Positions 28,354 through 39,481 of a stretch of DNA of 64,000 nt are shown one piece after another. The position numbers were made by a program, and so were the translations under genes. Below the pieces are notes generated by a model. The model saw only the letters and a list, made by a program, of their open reading frames with translations, was not told where the DNA came from and ran no database searches. Each line of letters starts with the position of its first letter. Position 1 is the stretch's first letter. Origin of the DNA: a virus; the IMG/VR virus record IMGVR_UViG_3300025769_015982, positions 1-64,000 of that record; one strand, 5' to 3'.

Positions 28354-30068
28354 TGTATAAAAATTGTTATGTTCAAAGAGGTGATGAGTGGAATCATTAC
28401 CGAATACACCTATGGACCGATGAAGGTTACACTGAAGAGGAATTCCAAAATTATGGTTATCAAGAATGCTCCGAAGCCCAAGCGACCCATAAGGGCCTAA
28501 AGGGAGAAAACTTAAAGAAAGTGTTTAATTGGGATAGAGAAAACCCCCAAATGCACTATTCTGACCATACTAGAGGAAATATCCACACTAAATTTCTTAT
28601 TGACAAATATGGTGATGATGATACTCCTTCTGTTACCCATAGGGAAGTATTTTTCGATATCGAGATTGAGATGGGTGGTGCTCTTACCCCAGAATATATT
28701 AAACAAGCACCTAAGCCTGTTACCTCAATTGCATGGTGGGATCGACAATTAGATGATTGGAAAATTATTATTGTAGATAAAGAAGGAAAACTTGAACAAA
28801 CAATTGATAAACAAGGAAGAGAAGTAATCCCCGTAAAACGGGAAACAGACTTATTAGACTTATTTATTAGGATGATGGAAGAAATTCAACCAGATATCCT
28901 TGTAGGTTATAATAGTGATTATTTTGATATTCCTTACTTATATTATCGAATTAAAAACACAATGGGTGATCGTACAGCAAAACGCCTTTCACCCATTAAT
29001 ATTGTAGAAGAACAAACTTGGAATGAGGATGTACCCATCAAAATAGCAGGAGTTAGTTCTCTTGACTATATGCGTTTACATAAAAAATATAGTTTTAAAG
29101 ATGAACCATCATTTAAACTAGATGCATTAGGTGAAAAGTATGTAGGTCAGAAAAAAATTGAGTACGAGGGTTCACTTGATAGGTTATTTGCAGAGGATAA
29201 GGAAAAGTTTATTGAATATAACTTTGTTGATGTTTTAATACTTAAAAAATTAGACGAAAAATTCCAATATATTAATCTAACTAAAAATCTTGCTCATAAA
29301 GGGAAAGTATTATATGAAGAAGTATATCTATCCTCTAAAATCCAAGATGGGGCTATTTCAGGTTGGTTATTATCTCAAAATATTATTCCCCCTAATAAGG
29401 ATTTAAACCCACTTACAAAGAAAAACTATGCTGGGGGTTATCTATTCTGCCCCAAAACAGGTATTTACAACTATATGTTTGATGAGGACCTTACATCACT
29501 GTATCCCTCAATTATTATGTCTCTTAACATTGGTAAAGAAACATACGTTGGTAGAGTATTAGATTTGTATAATGATAGGAATAATAGGTTGGGTTTAAAC
29601 GATTTAGAAGCTATGGTCGCCCAAGACCCCGAAGCAACTATTCCACTTGAAAATACCGCACGTAACCAACAAAATATGCCCGTTAAAGACATAGTCAATA
29701 AAATCAAAACCCATAATCTTGCGGTTACAGCAAATGGTGTTATGTTTAGAACTGATAAAAAATCAGCACTATCTGTTATACTTGATACTTGGTTTGACGA
29801 GCGAGTTAGATATAAAAAAGCAATGAAAACTGCTTATAAGAGTGGCAATAAAAAAGAAGGTGAATTGAATCATTTGAAGCAATACACAATGAAAATCTTG
29901 CTCAACTCACTTTATGGTGCAACCGCCCTACCAAGTTTTAGGTATGGTAGTGTTATTTTATCTGAAGGTATCACACTTACAGGACAACGTATTATCCAAG
30001 AATCGGCTTTATTTGCAAATACACATATGAATAAAGTGCTTCGGGGAGAATTAAAATTAGAATTATAA
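28353..30068 (+). CDS. family B DNA polymerase, N-terminal subunit (3'-5' exonuclease plus motifs A and B)
   Basis: Exo I FDIEIE; Exo II GYNSDYFDIPY; Exo III YNFVDV; motif A DLTSLYPS; motif B KILLNSLYG. No motif C. Confidence 0.92.
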   Translation: MYKNCYVQRGDEWNHYRIHLWTDEGYTEEEFQNYGYQECSEAQATHKGLKGENLKKVFNWDRENPQMHYSDHTRGNIHTKFLIDKYGDDDTPSVTHREVFFDIEIEMGGALTPEYIKQAPKPVTSIAWWDRQLDDWKIIIVDKEGKLEQTIDKQGREVIPVKRETDLLDLFIRMMEEIQPDILVGYNSDYFDIPYLYYRIKNTMGDRTAKRLSPINIVEEQTWNEDVPIKIAGVSSLDYMRLHKKYSFKDEPSFKLDALGEKYVGQKKIEYEGSLDRLFAEDKEKFIEYNFVDVLILKKLDEKFQYINLTKNLAHKGKVLYEEVYLSSKIQDGAISGWLLSQNIIPPNKDLNPLTKKNYAGGYLFCPKTGIYNYMFDEDLTSLYPSIIMSLNIGKETYVGRVLDLYNDRNNRLGLNDLEAMVAQDPEATIPLENTARNQQNMPVKDIVNKIKTHNLAVTANGVMFRTDKKSALSVILDTWFDERVRYKKAMKTAYKSGNKKEGELNHLKQYTMKILLNSLYGATALPSFRYGSVILSEGITLTGQRIIQESALFANTHMNKVLRGELKLEL

Positions 30069-30334
30069 TGGAATTAACACCACAATCTATAAGGAATAAT
30101 GTTTTTATCGAATTAAATGACGAATACATTAAAAAAGAACATGTAATAGAATTAAGCAAAAGTTGGAATGATAAACAGATTTCTTATTTTCGTAAAATGC
30201 TAAAACAAGGGGGTAGTTTAAAAATTAATGGTAATTCTTTTAAAATCACCATTAATGATAGTATAATCTTAAACTCCCGTGGGGAGAAAGATGGTGGTAT
30301 TATTACCATTCCAGGAATAGATGAAAGATTTTAA
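30068..30334 (+). CDS. hypothetical protein between the two polB halves
   Basis: 88-aa ORF coupled to the polB-N stop by a TAATG overlap. Confidence 0.55.
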   Translation: MELTPQSIRNNVFIELNDEYIKKEHVIELSKSWNDKQISYFRKMLKQGGSLKINGNSFKITINDSIILNSRGEKDGGIITIPGIDERF

Positions 30335-30338
30335 GTAA

Positions 30339-31265
30339 ATGAGTAATCAAGAAGAAGTACCATGGTGGATCTGTAAGGAAGAAGATAAAAATTTCTGTAC
30401 TTATGTAGACACTGATTCAAACTATTTCCATGCTGAACCCCTATTAAGACACCTCTACCCGGATTTTAATGAAATGGATGAGAGTAAACAAGACGATTTA
30501 CTCGAGAAAATGGCTCTCAAATACCAAGATCTCATTACTGAATACTATGATACACTAGCTAGAGACGCTTTTAATATCCAAAAACATCGTCTTGAAATGA
30601 AAACTGAATGTACTATTCGTTCAGGATTTTTCTCAGGTAAGAGACGATACGCCCAATACATTACTAAAAAAGAAGGTATAAAGGTAGAAGATATTGATGT
30701 TAAAGGTCTTGATTTTATGAAATCAAATTTCCCACCTCTATTTAAGAAGTTTTTTAATGAAATACTTAATAAAATCCTATTTGGAGCTACTAGAAATTCA
30801 ATTGACCAAGAAATCCTTGAATTCAAAAACAGTTTAGATGAATTGCCACTTGAAATGTTAGGCAAACCCACAGGAGTTAAAGATATTAAAAAATATATTG
30901 AACGTCCTCCGGGTGCAGGGAATATCTTTACAGTACTAAAAACAGGAACCCCAGTTAATGTTAAAGCTGCTGTCCGTTATAATGATTTTCTTAAATTTAA
31001 AGGATTAGACAAGCAACATTCCCAAATTGTACAGGGTGATAAAATTAAATGGGTATATTTAAAAGATAACCCTTATAAAATTGATACAATGGGTTTCTTA
31101 GACTTTGATTTCCCAGAAGGTATTCGTACATTCGTAGAGACTTATATAGATAGGGATAAAGCATTCGATTCTATTCTAAAAAATAAGTTAGAAACTTTTT
31201 ATAAAGACTTAAGTTGGGGTAGTTTAACCCTTAACACACATGTAAATACATTTTTTTCATTCTAA
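30339..31265 (+). CDS. family B DNA polymerase, C-terminal subunit (motif C, thumb)
   Basis: YVDTDS; KRRYA; VKGLD; ends TFFSF, resembling a clamp-binding motif. Confidence 0.92.
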   Translation: MSNQEEVPWWICKEEDKNFCTYVDTDSNYFHAEPLLRHLYPDFNEMDESKQDDLLEKMALKYQDLITEYYDTLARDAFNIQKHRLEMKTECTIRSGFFSGKRRYAQYITKKEGIKVEDIDVKGLDFMKSNFPPLFKKFFNEILNKILFGATRNSIDQEILEFKNSLDELPLEMLGKPTGVKDIKKYIERPPGAGNIFTVLKTGTPVNVKAAVRYNDFLKFKGLDKQHSQIVQGDKIKWVYLKDNPYKIDTMGFLDFDFPEGIRTFVETYIDRDKAFDSILKNKLETFYKDLSWGSLTLNTHVNTFFSF

Positions 31266-31993
31266 TGACAGATAAAAGAGTTATAGATCAATTTATTTCA
31301 AAGTATCACTTAGGGGGTACTATTGAAAGAGTTAAGTGGGTTTCTGATAAGGAATCCCTTAAAGCAGACTTCATAAATGATTCACAAAACTTAGTAGGTA
31401 GTGTAATATCTAAAAACTTTAAATTCCCCGTTGGTGAATTTGGAATTTATAGTACTTCTACTTTAAGTAAAATGTTAGGAATCCTTGAAAATGAAGTTAT
31501 ATTTGAAGTCCAAAAAGAAGGAGGTACACCTGCTAGGTTTAATATAGGTGATACTGCTATGGATATTAAATTTAATCTAGCAGATCCTCAAGTAATCCCC
31601 AATGTACCTAACATTAGTAAAACAGAAGGCGACATTCATGTGGAATTAACTGAAGAATTTGCTACACGTTTTATTAAATCTAAAGATGCCGTAGGTGAAG
31701 AAGTATTTTATATTTCTACCCAAGATGGGTTTACTTCAAAGGAAATTAAATTCACTATAGGAAATAATACATCTAATTCAGTATCGTTTGCTGCTCTTAT
31801 AGAAGATAGAAGCCCTGATATAGAATTAGACAGCATTCCCTTTAATGCGGACTTAGTAAAAGAAATATTTAAACACAATAAACGTTTTGAAATTGGTTGG
31901 CTAAAAATAAACCCAAAAGGATTAATGACTTTTGTATTTAAATTTGGAGACCTAGAAACTAATTATTATCTTGTAAGAAATCAAAATCAATAA
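31265..31993 (+). CDS. sliding clamp (T4 gp45-like)
   Basis: 242 aa; EFGIY..STL, INPKGLM..F and YYLV pattern; between polB and the clamp loader. Confidence 0.7.
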   Translation: MTDKRVIDQFISKYHLGGTIERVKWVSDKESLKADFINDSQNLVGSVISKNFKFPVGEFGIYSTSTLSKMLGILENEVIFEVQKEGGTPARFNIGDTAMDIKFNLADPQVIPNVPNISKTEGDIHVELTEEFATRFIKSKDAVGEEVFYISTQDGFTSKEIKFTIGNNTSNSVSFAALIEDRSPDIELDSIPFNADLVKEIFKHNKRFEIGWLKINPKGLMTFVFKFGDLETNYYLVRNQNQ

Positions 31994-31995
31994 AA

Positions 31996-32295
31996 ATGGA
32001 GAATATCCCAATTACACCGTTGGCTGATCGCGTGTTGATCCAACCGATTGAAGCCGAAGAATCAACCTACGGGAACATTGTTGTTCCCGACATGGGTAAG
32101 GATCGTCCTGACTTCGGTAATATACTTGCTGTAGGCCCGGGCCGTTATGACAATAATGGTAATCTGGTTCCTGTACGAGTAGAAGTAGGACAAAAAGTTA
32201 TTATGCCTAAGTACGGGGCAAATACCGTAGAAATAGAAGGCGAAGAGTACGTACTCGCCTCAGAATCAGAAATTTTAGGAATTGTAAATCAATAA
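31996..32295 (+). CDS. groES: co-chaperonin GroES
   Basis: PLADRVLI, GNIVVPD, AVGPG, KYGANTVEIEGEEY...ESEILG. Confidence 0.95.
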   Translation: MENIPITPLADRVLIQPIEAEESTYGNIVVPDMGKDRPDFGNILAVGPGRYDNNGNLVPVRVEVGQKVIMPKYGANTVEIEGEEYVLASESEILGIVNQ

Positions 32296-33914
<1,619 letters not shown>

Positions 33915-33915
<1 letters not shown>

Positions 33916-34805
33916 TGGATTTATTTGTAGAAAAATATAGACCACAAGATCTAAATGGGTTTGTAGGAGATGATACTATTCGCCTTAAAATTCAAGAATA
34001 TCTTAAAACTGGTAAACTACAAAATCTACTATTGTTTGGACCAGCGGGGACAGGAAAAACCTCGCTGGCTAAACTAATAGTGGGGCAGTTGGGTGCTGAT
34101 CATCTTTATATTAATGCTTCAGACGAAAGAGGTATTGATACAATTAGAGATAAAATCATCCCATTTGCTTCTAGTATTGGTTTTAATGGATTAAAAGTAG
34201 TTATATTAGATGAATCAGATTATCTTACAGCGCAAGCTCAAGCAACTCTACGAAACGTTATGGAAAGTTTCAGCGCATCCTGTAGGTTCATACTTACTTG
34301 TAATTATCTTGATCGCATTATTAGCCCCCTTCAGTCTCGTTGTATGGCTTTTGGGATTACCCCACCTTCTAAAAAAGAAGTTGGCCAACATCTTTTAGGC
34401 ATTTGTGACAAAGAAGAAATTACATATGCTAAAGAAGATTTAGGCCAGGTAATTCTTACCCACTACCCTGACATTAGAAAAATCCTTAATACCCTACAGG
34501 GTAGTCTAAAGGATAACCAATTAGTACTAGATACTAAATCCCTTAAAAATACTGACTTCGAAAATAAGGTAGTAGAGGGATTAAAAAATAAAACTAAAAT
34601 CAACAATATTAGACAAATTATAGCTGATAGTGGAGCTACACAGTTTGAATCACTATTTAGGTGTTTATATGATAATGTTGAAGAATATACTACAAACGTA
34701 GGTGATGCAATAATTATAATAGCTCAATATCAATATGAGTATGGGTTTGTAGTAGATAAAGAAATTTGTGTCGCCGCAATGTTAAATAAATTATTAAAGT
34801 TATGA
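33915..34805 (+). CDS. clamp loader large subunit (T4 gp44/RFC-like AAA+)
   Basis: VEKYRP, GPAGTGKT, NASDERGID, ILDESD, SRC. Confidence 0.93.
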
Positions 34806-34933
34806 GTGTAAATTCAACACAACAAAATTACGATCAATTTCAAGATTGGTACAAGTGGTTTAATAAAAAATATAATAGATTCCACAAGCTTAGATTTAAA
34901 AAGCCCACTAAGAAAAATTATCACCAAAAATGA
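34802..34933 (+). CDS. unannotated 43-aa basic protein
   Basis: MSVNSTQQNYDQFQDWYKWFNKKYNRFHKLRFKKPTKKNYHQK*, with ATGA overlaps to both neighbouring genes. Confidence 0.6.
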   Translation: MSVNSTQQNYDQFQDWYKWFNKKYNRFHKLRFKKPTKKNYHQK

Positions 34934-35157
34934 TGAATCCACAACAACAACAACAATTTAATATTGATTTTAGTCAAACTACCCCAGTAGTTTGTGACGA
35001 ATGTGGTCATGAACATTTTGTTCAAGTTAACATGATGAGAAAATTATCTCCTATGTTATCCCCCACAGGTCAACCAGCATTAATTCCTATTCCTGTATTT
35101 GCATGTGCAAAATGCAGCCATGTAAACGAAGAATTTATGCCTAATGACACCCTTTGA
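34930..35157 (+). CDS. small zinc-ribbon protein
   Basis: CDEC...CAKC. Confidence 0.65.
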   Translation: MMNPQQQQQFNIDFSQTTPVVCDECGHEHFVQVNMMRKLSPMLSPTGQPALIPIPVFACAKCSHVNEEFMPNDTL

Positions 35158-35557
35158 TTTTTTAAAACTAGTACATAATAAAAGTACTAAGTGGGAAAAT
35201 TTTAATGAGGATGAACAAAAAGCCTATAATACATTTATTATAAATAAAGCTTTGAGTTTTAATTCTAATTATCTAGATGTTGTGAACAAAATCCAACATT
35301 TCACCCCAACTCCTAAAGAATCATTTAAATATTTACAATCTATGACTAGTAATAAATTTAGATATAATAAATGGATTAAGGGAGGTAAAAGCACTAAGTT
35401 TAACCTTAATTTGATTGAAACCATAAGTACTCATTTAGAATGCTCCCAAAAACAGGCTGAAGAATATTTATATATCCTTGAAAAAAAGGAAATTAAAAAT
35501 ATGCTAAAACACATAGGGATTCAAGAGTCTGAAATTAAAAAACTAATGAAAAAATGA
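35144..35557 (+). CDS. clamp loader small subunit (T4 gp62-like)
   Basis: PFDFLK...YNTFIINKALS...KWIK...AEEYL pattern; near the gp44-like gene. Confidence 0.7.
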   Translation: MTPFDFLKLVHNKSTKWENFNEDEQKAYNTFIINKALSFNSNYLDVVNKIQHFTPTPKESFKYLQSMTSNKFRYNKWIKGGKSTKFNLNLIETISTHLECSQKQAEEYLYILEKKEIKNMLKHIGIQESEIKKLMKK

Positions 35558-35910
35558 TCAATTTTAGCGAAGAAGATGATGCCGCCGTAAAATGGTGTGA
35601 AGAAAAATATCCTGAACTAACTCAGGAATATAAAAAAATCATGATGGAACAGTATGTTCTATTTTGTAAAAAACATCGCAATTATGGTACTTCAAATGTA
35701 AATGTAGGAACTAACCTTGAAACAGATGTTGACATTAAATTAGCTCTTACAGGGTTATGGTTTAGGATTAATGATAAAATTAATCGCCTTAAAAATTTGG
35801 TTGTGTTAGGAGAACCTGATACAGTAGGGGAGCCTATAGAAGATACCCTTAAGGACCTAAGTGTGTACGGAATCATAGGTCAAATCGTACAACAAGGTAA
35901 ATTTAAATGA
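35554..35910 (+). CDS. nucleotide modification associated domain 1 (DUF1599-like) protein
   Basis: KKHRNYG...RINDKINRLKNL...EPIEDTLKDLSVYGII. Confidence 0.7.
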   Translation: MINFSEEDDAAVKWCEEKYPELTQEYKKIMMEQYVLFCKKHRNYGTSNVNVGTNLETDVDIKLALTGLWFRINDKINRLKNLVVLGEPDTVGEPIEDTLKDLSVYGIIGQIVQQGKFK

Positions 35911-36836
35911 TTATTGAAAATATTCAAAGCACAGTAGTCCCTAAAATGGATTACGAAAAATATAGGATGGTTTCCTATACACAACTTTCTTTATGGTTGG
36001 AATGTCCCCATAAATGGAAGTTAATGTATATTGATAAACTTAAACAGCCCCCTAATATTCACTTAGCATTTGGTTCGGCAATGCATGAATCACTCCAAGA
36101 ATATTTTGAGTTAATGTATAATAAGTCTATTAAACAAGCAGATGATTTTAATATCCATGAGGATTTCCAACAGCGTTTTATGAAAATGTATCGTGACTAT
36201 AAGGAACAGATTGGTGAAAATTTTTCTACCAAAAAGGAAATTATGGAATTTGTAAATGATGGACTAAACATTATTGATTTCTTTTTGCAAAGGCGCCAAA
36301 TGTATTTTTCTAAAAGAGGAACTCGATTGCTAGGAATTGAAATGCCTATTTTAACTCCTCCCCATAAAGAACACCCTAATATTATGCTTTATGGTAAACT
36401 AGATTTAGTTTTTTATGATGAAGATTTACAAAAAGTAACTATTTGGGATATTAAAACATCTACTAGAGGATGGGGGAAGTGGGATAAAGAAAATAAAATC
36501 AAAATGGCCCAAATGGTTCTTTATAAAAAATATTTCGCTGAACAATATAATGTTCCAGTTGATTCTATCGATTGTAAATATTTTATTGTAAAACGTAAGG
36601 TACCAAAAGACCCAAAATACCCAGCAATGGCTTCGCGTATTCAAACATACGAGCCATCATCGGGTAAGACAACAATGAATCGTGTATCTAAACATCTTTA
36701 TGAATTTATTGACGATTGTTTTAAGGACGATATGTATCAGATGAAGGACTACACTAAAAACCCATCAGATAAAAATTGCAGGTGGTGTCCTTTTAAAGAT
36801 AAACCCGAACTCTGTGATAAAGAACATTCAAGCTAG
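35907..36836 (+). CDS. PD-(D/E)xK nuclease, Cas4/AddB-like with Fe-S staple
   Basis: SYTQL..WLECP; FGSAMHE; GKLDL..WDIKTS; Q..LY; C-terminal CRWCPF...C. Confidence 0.85.
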   Translation: MIIENIQSTVVPKMDYEKYRMVSYTQLSLWLECPHKWKLMYIDKLKQPPNIHLAFGSAMHESLQEYFELMYNKSIKQADDFNIHEDFQQRFMKMYRDYKEQIGENFSTKKEIMEFVNDGLNIIDFFLQRRQMYFSKRGTRLLGIEMPILTPPHKEHPNIMLYGKLDLVFYDEDLQKVTIWDIKTSTRGWGKWDKENKIKMAQMVLYKKYFAEQYNVPVDSIDCKYFIVKRKVPKDPKYPAMASRIQTYEPSSGKTTMNRVSKHLYEFIDDCFKDDMYQMKDYTKNPSDKNCRWCPFKDKPELCDKEHSS

Positions 36837-37767
36837 GATATTTCCTTTTATAATTGCCTTATCAGCACTTTCTGTTTCAGCATCAGCTGCTTTCTACTCT
36901 GTTAGTGGATTAAGTAAACTATTTGCTGGAGCAGCATTTGCTGTTATTATAATGGCTGCTTCACTTGAAGTAGCTAAGCTAGTAATTGCTTCTTTACTTT
37001 ATCAATATAGGGAGAAATTACCTCGTCTACTTAAATATTATTTATCGATAGCCTGCTTTATACTAATTTTAATTACAAGTATGGGTATTTATGGCTTTTT
37101 ATCCGCTGCTTACCAGGAAACAGCAGCATTAGCAGGAAATGTAGACGCTCAAATATCATTAGTAGAAACTAAACGTGATAATGTAAAAGAACAACTCACG
37201 ATATATAATGCAGAAAAAGAAAGCATTAACGAGGCGGTGAGAGACTTAAGGTCTGGCTTATCTAACAATGTAATACAGTATACTGACACATTAGGTAATG
37301 TTATTACAACAACCTCTTCATCTACTAGGAGAGCCCTAGAAAAACAACTTGACCAAGCAATTGAGCGTCAAACTGAAATCAATACCAGAGTAGACGACTT
37401 AAACCAACAATTATTTGAATATGAAACAGAAATAGTTGAGGTAACTAGCAACGCTAATGTTACGGGTGAATTAGGTCCTCTTAAGTATTTATCTGGCTTA
37501 ACAGGTAAACCTATGGATCAGATTATAAACTGGTTATTATTAACTATTATATTTGTATTTGATCCTTTAGCTATTGCTCTTGTAATTGCTGCAAATTTTG
37601 CTTTTGCCCAACTAAAAACTAAAGATAATAAAAAATCTGAAGTTAAAATAATAGAAAAAATAGTAGAAGTACCTATTGAAAAAGTTATTTATAAAGATAA
37701 CCCTATACTAAATCACCCTAGGATACAAGAAGCAATAAGACATGCTAAAAGGGCAGGGGAATTATAA
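36814..37767 (+). CDS. membrane protein with central coiled coil
   Basis: Three N-terminal TM helices, a coiled coil, then ELGPLKYL...IIFVFDPLAI TM segment. Confidence 0.65.
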   Translation: MIKNIQARIFPFIIALSALSVSASAAFYSVSGLSKLFAGAAFAVIIMAASLEVAKLVIASLLYQYREKLPRLLKYYLSIACFILILITSMGIYGFLSAAYQETAALAGNVDAQISLVETKRDNVKEQLTIYNAEKESINEAVRDLRSGLSNNVIQYTDTLGNVITTTSSSTRRALEKQLDQAIERQTEINTRVDDLNQQLFEYETEIVEVTSNANVTGELGPLKYLSGLTGKPMDQIINWLLLTIIFVFDPLAIALVIAANFAFAQLKTKDNKKSEVKIIEKIVEVPIEKVIYKDNPILNHPRIQEAIRHAKRAGEL

Positions 37768-37772
37768 TTTAC

Positions 37773-37796
37773 GTATATGTATAGATAAACATATAC
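37773..37796. promoter_or_regulatory. inverted repeat / putative operator overlapping the promoter motif
   Basis: GTATATGT-N8-ACATATAC, 3 nt before the RHH gene start. Confidence 0.5.
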
Positions 37797-37799
37797 AAC

Positions 37800-37991
37800 A
37801 TGGCTTTAAAATTAACATCTGTAAAATTAGAAGAACGTTTATTTGAAGATTTCAAAGTAGCTTCAATTAGACAAAAATTTAATCTTCAAAAATTAGTTAA
37901 TAGAACTATACATCTCTATTTAACTGATGAGGAGTTTGCAAAACAACTTCATACACATACCGATCTGACTGTTAGTGGCAGCGGATTATAA
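37800..37991 (+). CDS. ribbon-helix-helix-like DNA-binding protein
   Basis: 63 aa; LTSVKL strand followed by two amphipathic helices. Confidence 0.55.
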   Translation: MALKLTSVKLEERLFEDFKVASIRQKFNLQKLVNRTIHLYLTDEEFAKQLHTHTDLTVSGSGL

Positions 37992-38011
37992 ACAATAAAA
38001 GGTTTTATTTA

Positions 38012-39481
38012 ATGAAAAAAGGTTATATTCCTAAAGAGGAAAGGAAAAAAATCCTCTTATTATGCGATGATATTCGCCTCCATAGTGGTATTGCTACTAT
38101 GGCTAAAGAAATAGTATTAAATACGGCTCACCATTTTAATTGGATAAATTTAGGAGCAGCTATTAAACATCCGGAAATTGGTAAAGCATTTGATTTAAGT
38201 CAACAAATAAATGAAATTGCAAAAATCCCAGATGCAGACGTAAAAGTTATTCCTTTTGATGGTTATGGGAATGATCAAATTATCCGTCAGTTAATTAATC
38301 AAGAGAAACCAGATGCAATACTTCATTTTACTGATCCACGTTATTGGACTTGGCTATACAGAATGGAAAAAGAAATTAGAACTAAAATCCCTATGGTTTT
38401 TTATACTATTTGGGATGATTTACCATACCCAATGTGGAATAGAGATTTTTACCGTTCAGATGATCTTCTTCTTTGTATTTCAAAACAAACTGAAAATTTA
38501 GTTAAAAATGTACTTAAAGATTACCCAAAAGAAGATTGGCAAGTACAATATATCCCACATGGTATAGATAAAAATAAATTTTTCCCTATAGCTAATGATC
38601 TTGAATTTGACGTATTTAAAGATAAGTTTTATGAAGGTAAGGAATATGATTTTGTAGTATTTTGGAACAATAGAAATATTCGTCGCAAAAACCCAGGTGA
38701 TGTAATTACTGCTTGGAGAGTATTTACAGACCAACTTACCCCAGAACAAGCTGAACGTTGTTTACTTATTATGCACACTGATAAAGTAGATCCTAATGGT
38801 ACTGATATACCTGCAGTTATTGAACACATGTGTGATCCTATAAAAGCTAAAGTTAAGTTCACACATGGTAAGTGTGATGAAAAAATCCTTAATTACTATT
38901 ATAATTTAGCAGACGCTCAATTTATGATGACTGATAATGAGGGTTGGGGTTTATCACTCACAGAAGGTATTATGGCGGGTAATATGGCAATTGCCCCTGT
39001 TCAGGGAGGTATGCAGGATCAAATGCGTTTTGAAGATGAAAACGGTGATTGGATTAATTTCACTACTAAGTTTCCTACTAATAGTAATGGTAAATATGAA
39101 AAATGTGGTGAGTGGGCTATTCCAATGTGGCCTAAAACACGTTCATTAAAAGGATCCCCACAAACCCCATATATTTACGCATCCCAAGTAGATATTGAAG
39201 ACGCGGGTTTAGCACTCTTGAAGTGTTATAATCTTGGCAGAGATGAGATTAGTAAAAGGGGCCTTAAAGGTAGAGAATGGTTAATATCTAATGAGGCTAA
39301 AATGACTTCTAAAGACATGGGAGAAAATTTTATAACTCACCTTGATATTTTATTTAAAAACTGGGAACCTGTAGATAGATTTACTATAGAAAAAGTAGAT
39401 GAAGGGTATACTACATTTAATCCTAATCCAGTACAATATACCCCTAAATTTAAACAAAAATTAAAAGAAATTTTAACATGA
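38012..39481 (+). CDS. glycosyltransferase, GT-B (GT4-like)
   Basis: SGIAT; IPHGID; NRNIRRK; EGWGLSLTE motif. Confidence 0.88.
   Translation: MKKGYIPKEERKKILLLCDDIRLHSGIATMAKEIVLNTAHHFNWINLGAAIKHPEIGKAFDLSQQINEIAKIPDADVKVIPFDGYGNDQIIRQLINQEKPDAILHFTDPRYWTWLYRMEKEIRTKIPMVFYTIWDDLPYPMWNRDFYRSDDLLLCISKQTENLVKNVLKDYPKEDWQVQYIPHGIDKNKFFPIANDLEFDVFKDKFYEGKEYDFVVFWNNRNIRRKNPGDVITAWRVFTDQLTPEQAERCLLIMHTDKVDPNGTDIPAVIEHMCDPIKAKVKFTHGKCDEKILNYYYNLADAQFMMTDNEGWGLSLTEGIMAGNMAIAPVQGGMQDQMRFEDENGDWINFTTKFPTNSNGKYEKCGEWAIPMWPKTRSLKGSPQTPYIYASQVDIEDAGLALLKCYNLGRDEISKRGLKGREWLISNEAKMTSKDMGENFITHLDILFKNWEPVDRFTIEKVDEGYTTFNPNPVQYTPKFKQKLKEILT

Noticed and set aside
30068-30338. Intein, group I intron or homing endonuclease interrupting polB
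   Set aside because: No Cys/Ser start or His-Asn end of a split intein, no LAGLIDADG/HNH/GIY-YIG motif, and no recognisable intron core. Both halves have ordinary start and stop codons.
35907-36836. CRISPR-Cas system suggested by the Cas4-like nuclease
   Set aside because: No repeat-spacer array or other cas genes were seen. Stand-alone Cas4-like nucleases are common in phages.
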